Shown here: positions 17,550 to 25,262 of the stretch, piece after piece
Position numbering within the stretch: the first letter of the stretch is position 1
Layout: each line of letters starts with the position of its first letter
Translations under genes and position numbers: made by a program
Notes under the pieces: generated by a model
Databases searched by the model: none
What the model was told of the DNA's origin: nothing
The model's input: the letters and a program-made list of their open reading frames with translations, nothing else
Assembly (NCBI RefSeq): GCF_003259895.1
Contig: NZ_QLME01000002.1
Span: 123,489-155,488 of the forward strand
Direction: 5' to 3'
Length of the DNA: 32,000 nucleotides
DNA from: Halanaerobium saccharolyticum
GTDB lineage: Bacteria; Bacillota; Halanaerobiia; Halanaerobiales; Halanaerobiaceae

Positions 17550-17723
17550 ATGGAATATTTATTCTTAGGGTTTTTAGGACTGGGAAGTCTTTATTATATA
17601 GGAAAAAAAGTTTATGGTGGAATTAAGGGTACAGACAGTCCCTGTGCTGGCTGTAGTGATAGCGGCTGCCCGGTATCTGGTGGAAAAGAATATGATTTTG
17701 ATGAGATTATAAAAGATGATTAA
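17550..17723 (+). CDS. FeoB-associated Cys-rich membrane peptide (57 aa), not in the ORF track
   Basis: My own translation gives MEYLFLGFLGLGSLYYIGKKVYGGIKGTDSPCAGCSDSGCPVSGGKEYDFDEIIKDD. It has one N-terminal hydrophobic helix and a CxxCxxxxC tail. AAGGAGG at 17539-17545 lies 4 nt before the ATG. Confidence 0.75.
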   Translation: MEYLFLGFLGLGSLYYIGKKVYGGIKGTDSPCAGCSDSGCPVSGGKEYDFDEIIKDD

Positions 17724-17734
17724 TATATAAAACA

Positions 17735-17780
17735 TATAGGTACCAGGTACAAATAGGCCTATTTGTACCTGGTACCTATA
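17735..17780. repeat. 46-bp perfect palindrome containing two GTACC-N-GGTAC boxes (copy 2 of the family)
   Basis: TATAGGTACCAGGTACAAATAGG|CCTATTTGTACCTGGTACCTATA. I checked all 23 base pairs one by one. It lies between the two Cys-rich peptide genes. Confidence 0.9.
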
Positions 17781-17805
17781 AATAAAAAGAGAAAGGAAGT
17801 TATCA

Positions 17806-17955
17806 ATGATAATCCAATTAAGTGTTTTATTTTTAATGACAGTAATTTTAGCTGCAGGAACTTCTCTCAGACGATTTGCAGTAGAGGGACATGGATGCAA
17901 AGAGTGTGGCTGTGGCAGTGATAACTGCTGTGGAGAAGAGAAAAAAGAAGAATAA
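17806..17955 (+). CDS. Second FeoB-associated Cys-rich membrane peptide (49 aa), not in the ORF track
   Basis: My own translation gives MIIQLSVLFLMTVILAAGTSLRRFAVEGHGCKECGCGSDNCCGEEKKEE. It has one hydrophobic helix and a CxxCxCxxxxCC tail. A GAAAGGAAG purine-rich ribosome-binding site lies upstream. Confidence 0.7.
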   Translation: MIIQLSVLFLMTVILAAGTSLRRFAVEGHGCKECGCGSDNCCGEEKKEE

Positions 17956-17976
17956 ATATATTTTTTATTTTTGATT

Positions 17977-17996
17977 GATAATGAGAATTGTTTTCA
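17977..17996. promoter_or_regulatory. Fur-like box upstream of DUF2325-fldA
   Basis: GATAATGAGAATTGTTTTC matches the classical 19-mer GATAATGATAATCATTATC at 15 of 19 positions. Embedded in it is TGAGAATTGTTTTCA (17982-17996), of the same type as the boxes at 10928 and 14464. Confidence 0.55.
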
Positions 17997-18020
17997 TTTA
18001 ATAATAAGGAGGAGAGTAGA

Positions 18021-18311
18021 ATGTCTTTAATGATAGTTGGAGCAGATAATTTAGGATCGATTAGAGATAATGTCAGAGATTTAGGCTTTGAAGAGGTTAC
18101 CCACCTTAGTGGAAGAAAAAAAGCTAAGTTTCGAAATTTTGAAATCCCGGCTGATACAGACTTTGTGCTGGTGATGACCGATTACATAAATCACGCAGTA
18201 ATGCGAAAAGTTAAAAATGCAGCCAAAGAGAGTGGGGTCAGCGTTATTTATGCCCGCCGCAGCTGGTCTGCTATTTATAAAAAGCTGGAAAGAAGAGCAA
18301 TTTGTGTATAA
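18021..18311 (+). CDS. DUF2325-like small protein
   Basis: MSLMIVGADNLGSI...VLVMTDYINHAVMRKVK is recognised from memory as DUF2325-like. AAGGAGGAG at 18007-18015 precedes the ATG at 18021. The start at 17988 in the ORF track lies inside the Fur-like box. Confidence 0.7.
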   Translation: MSLMIVGADNLGSIRDNVRDLGFEEVTHLSGRKKAKFRNFEIPADTDFVLVMTDYINHAVMRKVKNAAKESGVSVIYARRSWSAIYKKLERRAICV

Positions 18312-18382
18312 AATAGTGCAGATATATTCTAATGAAAATACAGTTGTAAATTTATAAAACTAAATCAGAAAGGAAGATTATA

Positions 18383-18877
18383 ATGAGTAAAATTGGAGTC
18401 TTTTATGGTAGTACTACAGGAGATACTGAGGAATTGGTTATGAGTCTGGCAGCAGAATTTAAAGATTATGATATTGATATTTATAATGTTAATTCAGCTG
18501 CTAAAGAAGATCTTGAAAGTTATGATAATTTGATTTTTGCTTCTTCAACCTGGGGTTTTGGTGAACTTCAGGATGACTGGGCAGATTTTGTAGATGTAGT
18601 TAAAGAGGTAGACTTAAGTAGTAAAAAAGTTGCCTTTATTGGTACGGGAGATCAGGATATGTATCCGGATACCTTTATAGATGCTATTGGAATCATTTAT
18701 GAAGCAGTAAAAGATAGTGGTGCAGAATTTGTGGGTCAATATCCTGTTGAGAGTTATGACTTTAACGACTCAAGAGCAGTAGTAGATGGGAAATTAATAG
18801 GTTTAGCAATAGATAACACAAATCAGGAAGAATTAACTGCTGAAAGACTTAGTGAGTGGAGTTCGGATTTATTCTAA
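18383..18877 (+). CDS. fldA: Long-chain flavodoxin
   Basis: FMN-phosphate loop GVFYGSTTGDTE, and STWGFGELQDDW. The long-chain insert and tail GLAIDNTNQEELTAERLSEW are also present. Confidence 0.92.
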   Translation: MSKIGVFYGSTTGDTEELVMSLAAEFKDYDIDIYNVNSAAKEDLESYDNLIFASSTWGFGELQDDWADFVDVVKEVDLSSKKVAFIGTGDQDMYPDTFIDAIGIIYEAVKDSGAEFVGQYPVESYDFNDSRAVVDGKLIGLAIDNTNQEELTAERLSEWSSDLF

Positions 18878-19051
18878 CTTTATTATTTTGGTGATCAGAA
18901 CTGTGTCGATGTAATTAAGGAAATTGATAAAAATAATCTAAAAGACTATACAGATGAGGAAGCTTTTATGCTGGGAATAATGCTTGGTTATGATAGATTA
19001 AAATAGTGTGAACGTTACTTAAAAAGAAAAGATGAGAAAAGTGAAATAAAA
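18878..19051 (+). pseudogene. Possible C-terminal remnant of a protein-coding gene interrupted by an in-frame TAG
   Basis: Reading on in the flavodoxin frame after its TAA gives LYYFGDQNCVDVIKEIDKNNLKDYTDEEAFMLGIMLGYDRLK, then TAG (19004-19006), then CERYLKRKDEKSEIK. The composition is protein-like, but there is no start codon with a ribosome-binding site. No family is assigned. Confidence 0.3.
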
Positions 19052-19095
19052 ACCGGATTCCTGGTTAAGATTAGAGGGAATCCGGTTTTATTATC
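19049..19095. terminator. Bidirectional intrinsic terminator between fldA (+) and cstA (-)
   Basis: AAAACCGGATTCC (19049-19061) pairs with GGAATCCGGTTTT (19077-19089). An A run lies 5' of the hairpin and TTTTATT lies 3' of it. Confidence 0.75.
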
Positions 19096-19147
19096 TAATA
19101 AATATTTTTTATTTTACTGAACAGAATTCAATTCCAACATTTTCCAA

Positions 19148-19173
19148 GTACCCGGTACCAGTTATACCAGTTA
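19148..19173. repeat. Solo GTACC-N-GGTAC box plus a 9-bp tandem duplication
   Basis: GTACCCGGTAC(C) at 19148-19159 runs into TACCAGTTA TACCAGTTA at 19156-19173. This lies 3 nt from the cstA stop codon. Confidence 0.6.
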
Positions 19174-19176
19174 TAT

Positions 19177-20616
19177 TTACACTGCCTGTTCCTGAACCAT
19201 AACTTCTTCCTCAAAGTGAGTGCTGTTAATCTTGGCAATATAGATTCCCATAGTTATAACTGCGATAATAATTCCTGCAGTTACTGAGAAGGTATAAGGT
19301 AATTGGAAACCTTCTGGTGCATAAAGGATATAAGTAGAAGAAACACCGGTCATAAAGAAGGCTGGAATTGAAGCAATCCAGTGATTTTTACCGTGTTTGG
19401 CAAGCCAGACTGCACCGGCCCATAAAACAACCATGGCCACTGTCTGATTTGACCAGGCAAAATAGCGCCATAAAGCATCAAAGTTAATCTGAGATAGGGC
19501 TCCACCAACAATAAAAATTGGAACAGCCAGCATTAGTCTATTTTTAATTGATTTCTGCTCTAAACCGAAGATATCAGATAAAGTTAAACGCACACTTCTA
19601 AAAGCAGTATCTCCGGAAGTGATTGGAGCCGCAATTACACCTAACATTGCCAGAACTCCACCAACTGCTCCCATCATTGTACCTGTAATCTCGTGGACGA
19701 CACCCGCCGGTCCACCAAGTGAGCTCAGTGCACCATTTAAACCGCCAGTTCCCTGGAAGAATGTCATAGCTGCAGCTGCCCAGATTAAAGCAACAATACC
19801 TTCAGCTACCATTGCACCATAGAAAATTTTACGTCCTTCTTTTTCATTGGTTGTACAGCGGGCCATAATAGGTGACTGGGTTGAGTGGAAACCACTGATT
19901 GCACCACAGGCGATTGTTACAAATAATAAAGGCCACATTGGTAATTCACCGGGGTGCAGATTGTTTAAAGCAATATTTGGAATATTGTAATCTCCAAAAA
20001 TCAATCCTCCACCAACACCTAAGGCCATAATTAAAAGTGCTCCGCCAAAGATTGGATATAATTTACCGATTATTTGATCGACTGGTAAGAAAGTAGCAAT
20101 AAAATAGTAGCCCAGAATAATAATTAACCAGATATTAACTCCCATAAAGCCTGGTGTCAAGTTAGCCAGCAGCATAGCAGGGCCAGTCATAAAAACAGTA
20201 CCCACTAAAACTAAAAGCACAATACTAAATACTCTCATAATCTGTCTGATGGTTCCACCAAGATTTTCTCCGATAATCTCAGAGATAGAAGCTCCTCCAG
20301 AGCGGATAGAAAGCATTCCGGAAAGATAATCGTGGACACCACCGGCAAAAATTGTACCAAGAACTATCCAGAGAAAAGCACTTGGTCCCCATAAAGCACC
20401 GGCGATTGCACCAAAAATAGGTCCTAAACCGGCAATGTTCAAAAACTGGATTAAAAATGCTTTTTTCCAGTCCATTGCTATGTAGTCCACCCCGTCTTCC
20501 ATCGAAATTGCAGGAGTTTCCCGTTCAAACTCTGAATCAAAAATTTTGTCCACAATTTTTCCATAAGTAAAATAACCAATAATTAATACAGCTAAAGAAA
20601 TAAGAAAAGATGTCAT
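19177..20616 (-). CDS. cstA: Carbon starvation protein A family transporter (CstA/BtsT-like peptide or pyruvate transporter)
   Basis: A 479-aa polytopic protein with the CstA-type N-terminus (YFTYGKIVDKIF). It sits downstream of a LytS/LytTR pair, like E. coli btsSR-btsT. Confidence 0.88.
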   Translation of the reverse strand: MTSFLISLAVLIIGYFTYGKIVDKIFDSEFERETPAISMEDGVDYIAMDWKKAFLIQFLNIAGLGPIFGAIAGALWGPSAFLWIVLGTIFAGGVHDYLSGMLSIRSGGASISEIIGENLGGTIRQIMRVFSIVLLVLVGTVFMTGPAMLLANLTPGFMGVNIWLIIILGYYFIATFLPVDQIIGKLYPIFGGALLIMALGVGGGLIFGDYNIPNIALNNLHPGELPMWPLLFVTIACGAISGFHSTQSPIMARCTTNEKEGRKIFYGAMVAEGIVALIWAAAAMTFFQGTGGLNGALSSLGGPAGVVHEITGTMMGAVGGVLAMLGVIAAPITSGDTAFRSVRLTLSDIFGLEQKSIKNRLMLAVPIFIVGGALSQINFDALWRYFAWSNQTVAMVVLWAGAVWLAKHGKNHWIASIPAFFMTGVSSTYILYAPEGFQLPYTFSVTAGIIIAVITMGIYIAKINSTHFEEEVMVQEQAV

Positions 20617-20722
20617 TAAATATAACCCCCTAATAAATTTTTATTACAATTTAATTATACATGTATTCAGAGGTTATCAAAGGATTTTTAACTGAATTGT
20701 AAAAATATTATACTCAATTGCA

Positions 20723-21490
20723 TTATTTGAGATTTAAGAGTTTATTTATCTGGTCAACCCTTAAACGACTGACCGGAATTTTATGTTCCGAAAAATCTTC
20801 CATTAACACCTGATATTTACCTTTAAACCAGGGGATAACTGCTTTAATATGTCTCAAATTAACAATATAGCTTTTATGAATCCGAAAAAATTGTTCGGGC
20901 AGCATCTTTTCTAATTCCTTAAGCTGAAACTGAGTCATATAAGATTTTTTGTGGCAGTGAGCCCAGACCTTCTTTTCTTTTGTGGAAAAATAGTAAATAT
21001 CCTCAAAATTGAGCATCAGATAATAATCTTTTTCCATCACTGCAATTTTATTTAGGCATTCTTTTTGCTTTGAACTATTGAGATTTGCAAATAAATTTTC
21101 CAGCTGCTGATTAAAATCAGGGCTCTTTTTGATTTCTTTTTTTGCCCGTTCTAAACTTTCTTCCAGGCGCTGGTCACTGATTGGTTTTAATAAATAATCA
21201 ACAGCAGAAAGCCGAAAAGCCTCTACAGCATATTCATCATAGGCGGTAGTGAAAATAATATAGGGAGCAGTTTTTTGCTGTTTTAAAATCCGGGCTATTT
21301 CGATTCCGCTTTTACCCGGGATCTGAATATCTAAAAAAAGCAAGTCAATTTTATTTTTCTGTAAAAATTCAAACGCCTTTTTGCCATCTGCTATTTCGTA
21401 AAGAACTTCAAAGTCGGGATCTTCTTCAATTAGAAATTTCAATTCATCTCTGGCCAATTTTTCATCTTCGACAATCATTGTTTTGATCAT
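20723..21490 (-). CDS. LytTR-family DNA-binding response regulator (BtsR/LytT-like)
   Basis: Receiver domain IVEDEKLARDEL...DLLFLDIQIPGKSG followed by a C-terminal LytTR domain (FFRIHKSYIVNL). Its start overlaps the kinase stop (TGATG). Confidence 0.92.
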   Translation of the reverse strand: MIKTMIVEDEKLARDELKFLIEEDPDFEVLYEIADGKKAFEFLQKNKIDLLFLDIQIPGKSGIEIARILKQQKTAPYIIFTTAYDEYAVEAFRLSAVDYLLKPISDQRLEESLERAKKEIKKSPDFNQQLENLFANLNSSKQKECLNKIAVMEKDYYLMLNFEDIYYFSTKEKKVWAHCHKKSYMTQFQLKELEKMLPEQFFRIHKSYIVNLRHIKAVIPWFKGKYQVLMEDFSEHKIPVSRLRVDQINKLLNLK

Positions 21491-23196
21491 CAGTTTGCTT
21501 TTCTCCTTTCAAAAAGAAACTCGGAGGGAATGCTGATTATATTTTGAGTACCCTTACCGGCAGCAGATTTAATTTTGAAGTCTGCATTACTGCCGTAAAC
21601 AGAATGTAATCTCTCTTTTATATTATTGATTCCTATGCGATCATTATTTCCATTTTCAATCTCAGCAATTTTTGCTTCAGTTATTCCCGGCCCATTATCT
21701 TCAATACTGATCTGGAGCTGATCACCTGTTTTTTGAGCACTGACAATAATCTGGCCTCCTTTTTCCTGAGGGTAAATTCCATGTTTAATAGAATTTTCAA
21801 CTAAAGGTTGAATAATAAATGGTGGAATAATAGTATCTTTTAATTCAGTTGGGATTTTCCATTTAACCTGCAGTCTTTTGTCCAGTCTTGCTTTTTCAAT
21901 ACTTAAATAATCCTGACAGAATTCAATTTCTTCCCCTAAAGTTATTTGATAAACATTTCTTTTTAGAGTTCGGCGGAAGATTCCTGCCAGTTTTATCAGC
22001 AGTTCCCGGGCCTGCCCGGGCTGAGTTCTGCAGGAAGCAGCAATTGCATTAAGTGAGTTGAAAAGAAAATGTGGATTAACCTGAGCCTGGAGAGCTTTTA
22101 ATTCAGCTTCACTCTTAAGTTCAGCCTGTTTTGATAATTTGGCCAGCTTAATTTGAGTTGCCAGCAGGTTGGAAATTCCTTCTGCAAGTTTAATATCCAG
22201 CACAGTTATTTTTTGATTACAGCGATATAATTTGAGCAGTCCATAAACACTATTTTCAATTTTCAAAGGAGTAATTACAGCATCAGTTAACTGACATCCT
22301 TGATGATTACAGTTAATTTCCTTTTTATTATCAATCAGGATAGATTTTTTTTCCTCGATGGCTCGGCGGCTGGCTTCAGTTTTGATTTCTTCACCAGCAA
22401 GATGATGATCTTCTCCGGTACCGGTAAAAGCAAGAACCGTTTCTTTATTAGTTATGGAAACAGAATCAACCTGACTTTCCTTTTTGATCATCTTAATAAT
22501 CTCTGCAGCAGCTTCCTGGTCAAGCCCATCTTGTAATAGCGGTAAGGAGCGGTCAGCTATAGAAAGTACTTTTTCTGCCTGTAAAGCTCTAATTTTTTGA
22601 TTATCTTCCTTAACTTTATTCAAAATGCTGATAAAAATTGCTATCCCCAGACTGTTGCTTAAAATCATTGGGATGGCAATGATTTTAACTAATTCTACTG
22701 CCTGTGCCAGAGGGCGGCTGAAAAGAACCACGATGATCATTTCCACAGTTAAGGCAAAAACTCCAATTAAAAATCCATTTTTAAAATCCATCTCATTATT
22801 GCGGTACTTTTTATAAAAAAGCCCCCCAATTAGTCCACTGCTTGTTGTACCTATGGCACAGGCTAAAGCTGTAAAACCACCCAGAGAAAAACGGTGGAGA
22901 CCTGCAATCAAACCAGCTGTAAGTCCGACAAGCGGGCCACCTAAAATTCCTCCCATCAGTGCACCGATAGCTCTAATATTGGCATAGGCATCCATAATAA
23001 AAATTCCCAGAAATGTTCCCAGAATTGATAAGATTGCAAAAAAGATAGTTAAAAATATTTTTTCATATCTATTAAAATTATCAGCAAAAATGTGCTTTAC
23101 ACTACTGAGACGACTTAAAATATATGCAAAAGTTACTATCACACTCATACTTTTAAAAAGGGTAAATAATAATTCGAAAATTCTACTGTTATACAT
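21490..23196 (-). CDS. LytS/YehU(BtsS)-family sensor histidine kinase
   Basis: The N-terminal 5TM-LYT-type membrane domain is followed by a GAF-like region. The His_kinase region reads LQAQVNPHFLFNSLN, and a C-terminal HATPase domain follows (IEDNGPGI). Confidence 0.92.
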   Translation of the reverse strand: MYNSRIFELLFTLFKSMSVIVTFAYILSRLSSVKHIFADNFNRYEKIFLTIFFAILSILGTFLGIFIMDAYANIRAIGALMGGILGGPLVGLTAGLIAGLHRFSLGGFTALACAIGTTSSGLIGGLFYKKYRNNEMDFKNGFLIGVFALTVEMIIVVLFSRPLAQAVELVKIIAIPMILSNSLGIAIFISILNKVKEDNQKIRALQAEKVLSIADRSLPLLQDGLDQEAAAEIIKMIKKESQVDSVSITNKETVLAFTGTGEDHHLAGEEIKTEASRRAIEEKKSILIDNKKEINCNHQGCQLTDAVITPLKIENSVYGLLKLYRCNQKITVLDIKLAEGISNLLATQIKLAKLSKQAELKSEAELKALQAQVNPHFLFNSLNAIAASCRTQPGQARELLIKLAGIFRRTLKRNVYQITLGEEIEFCQDYLSIEKARLDKRLQVKWKIPTELKDTIIPPFIIQPLVENSIKHGIYPQEKGGQIIVSAQKTGDQLQISIEDNGPGITEAKIAEIENGNNDRIGINNIKERLHSVYGSNADFKIKSAAGKGTQNIISIPSEFLFERRKAN

Positions 23197-23268
23197 AATC
23201 CTCTCCTTTAAAAGTCATAATCTACTCCTAAATTAATAATACTACAATAGATTTGTTTAATCAAATTT

Positions 23269-23307
23269 GGTGCCTGGCACTAGAAAACGATTTAAGTACC
23301 TGGTACC
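23269..23307. repeat. Paired-box repeat, copy 3 (degenerate left box)
   Basis: GGTGCCTGGCAC - TAGAAAACGATTTAA - GTACCTGGTACC. It shares its spacing and the spacer word AAAACGATTT with copy 1 at 32-70. It lies in the divergent intergenic region between the kinase gene and the HD-GYP gene. Confidence 0.75.
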
Positions 23308-23420
23308 TACTGGTGATTGCTATTATTTAACTGAATTGATATACTAAAAGATATAGAATAAAACATGCGTTATCAGCCGGGAAAAAATATCGATTAATTT
23401 AAATATAGGAGAGAACAGCA

Positions 23421-25262
23421 GTGCTCAAAATAGTGATTATTATAAATGATCTAATAGAAAAAAACAAAATGAAATCTCACCTTAATCGAGCAAAAAGAAA
23501 AATTGCTGATTTTGATTTTGAACTGGTTAAAGAATTTGATAATAACCGCCAGGCAGTTAATTATCTTTATCAAAATTCCGATGTAGATATAATAATAGTT
23601 GAAAATGCAATGGGTAAAGTGTTTTCTGGACTGGATTTAGTAATGCTGGCAGAAAAAGAATTTCCCCGCTCAAGTTTAATCCTTTTAAATGAGCCTGGTA
23701 GTGAGCTTGAACTTGATTCTAGAAATGTCAGCAATCTGACTGCCATTTTAAATAAGAGGGAAAGTTATTCTACTTTCAGTAATCTGCTATTATTGACTAT
23801 TTTGAAGCAGAAACGCAAAAATGAAGAATCCAGAAAAAGAGAAAAAAAGTTGAATGATTATCGGACAATTATTGATCACACTCATGATGCAATTTTTTTG
23901 CTGGCAGTAGATTGTGACGAAAATTTTTACTATAAGAGAATTAATGCTACTCATCAGCGTTTAACAGCCCTGAGCAATGCCGAAATTCAGGGAAAAAGGA
24001 CTGCTGAAATTTTTGGCGAAGAAGTTGCAGAAAAATTGGAGAAAAACTACCTCAGATGTCTAAGAAAAAAAGAGCGAATTAATTATACGGAGAAATTGAA
24101 ATTTCCTGCTGGGCAAAAGTACTGGCAGACAACATTATACCCGGTTGTTCGAAATGGCAGAGTCGAAGAAATTGTTGGAGCTTCCTATGATATAACTGAT
24201 ATGGAGGCTAAACAGCAGCGGTTAGATTATATTAAAAGACACGATAGACTGACCGGGCTTTACAATAAAGAATACTTCAACCAATTATTTACTGAGCTTA
24301 ATCAAAATCAAAAAGATGATCTGTCTTTAATACTGCTCAATGTTGAAAATTTTCAGCTGCTAAATAAGTTTTTTAGTTATCAAAAAGGAGATCAAATTTT
24401 AAAAGAAATTGCCTCTGTTCTGGCTCAAATTTCGAACCACAATAAAGTTGCAGCCCATCTCTGTGCAGATCATTTTGCTGTAATTTTAAAAAACCAGAGC
24501 AGTTTAGAAGTAGAAAGAACCCTTAATTTTATTAAAAAAGAAATTGCTCAAATTAATATTAAGGGAATTTATATAGATATCGCTGCAGTCTCTCTAAATA
24601 AAGTAAATAATAAAATAAGCAGTCATGATTTCTTTAATGATGGGGTTTCAAAAATAAATTTTCATAGATATAAATCAAGTCAGGATAGCAGTTTCTACTG
24701 CTCATTAATGAAGTATCTCGAGGAAAATAATGATAATGAATTAAGGCAGTATGAAGAGCTTGTTAAAATAACCAAAAAAGCTGCTGCTTATTTTGAATTA
24801 AATGAAAAAGAAAAAGATAAGCTGCTGCATCTGGCCAGACACCATGATCTGGGTAAATTAGCACTGGATAAAAACATTCTCAAAAAGGGAGATAGTTTAA
24901 CAGCAGAAGAGTGGCACGAATATCAAAAACATGTGTTGATCTCTGCTAATTTTGCTGCTTCTTATCAGGATCTGGCGGGAATTTGTGATCTCATTTATTC
25001 TCACCATGAACATTTTGACGGCAGCGGCTGGCCCGAAGGACTAAAAGGGGAAAAGATTCCATATTTAAGCAGGCTTTTTGCAGTCATTAATTTTTACAGT
25101 AAACTTAAATCAAATCTATTTTTTTCTTTTTCCAGAGATAAGTATTATTTTGGAGCCCTGGCAGAGAAAGAAATAGTTAGAGAATTCAATCACTATCGGA
25201 AAAAAGTTTTTGATCCGCAAATTGTGGATAAATTTTTATCTTTTCTTAAAATTAAAAGTTAA
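23421..25262 (+). CDS. Multidomain c-di-GMP signalling protein: pseudo-receiver, PAS, degenerate GGDEF, HD-GYP
   Basis: The REC-like N-terminus has E at the expected phospho-Asp position (DIIIVENAM). A PAS region follows (IIDHTHDAIFLL...YDITD). The GGDEF-domain start is HDRLTGLYNKEYF, but the active-site position reads CADHF. The HD-GYP motifs are HHDLGK and HHEHFDGSGWP. GTG start after AGGAGA. Confidence 0.85.
   Translation: MLKIVIIINDLIEKNKMKSHLNRAKRKIADFDFELVKEFDNNRQAVNYLYQNSDVDIIIVENAMGKVFSGLDLVMLAEKEFPRSSLILLNEPGSELELDSRNVSNLTAILNKRESYSTFSNLLLLTILKQKRKNEESRKREKKLNDYRTIIDHTHDAIFLLAVDCDENFYYKRINATHQRLTALSNAEIQGKRTAEIFGEEVAEKLEKNYLRCLRKKERINYTEKLKFPAGQKYWQTTLYPVVRNGRVEEIVGASYDITDMEAKQQRLDYIKRHDRLTGLYNKEYFNQLFTELNQNQKDDLSLILLNVENFQLLNKFFSYQKGDQILKEIASVLAQISNHNKVAAHLCADHFAVILKNQSSLEVERTLNFIKKEIAQINIKGIYIDIAAVSLNKVNNKISSHDFFNDGVSKINFHRYKSSQDSSFYCSLMKYLEENNDNELRQYEELVKITKKAAAYFELNEKEKDKLLHLARHHDLGKLALDKNILKKGDSLTAEEWHEYQKHVLISANFAASYQDLAGICDLIYSHHEHFDGSGWPEGLKGEKIPYLSRLFAVINFYSKLKSNLFFSFSRDKYYFGALAEKEIVREFNHYRKKVFDPQIVDKFLSFLKIKS

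Noticed and set aside
17574-17900. 108-aa minus-strand ORF from the track
   Set aside because: It runs antisense across two plus-strand peptide genes that have ribosome-binding sites, and across the 46-bp palindrome. Its product is low-complexity with no start context, so it is almost certainly spurious.
19004-19006. In-frame TAG as a pyrrolysine or read-through codon
   Set aside because: There are no pyl genes or other supporting context in the window, and the frame has no start. A nonsense mutation in a gene remnant is the simpler explanation.
23275-23295. TGGCAC as a sigma-54 -24 element
   Set aside because: There is no TTGC -12 element at the required spacing. The TGGCAC is better explained as a degenerate GTACC-N-GGTAC box.
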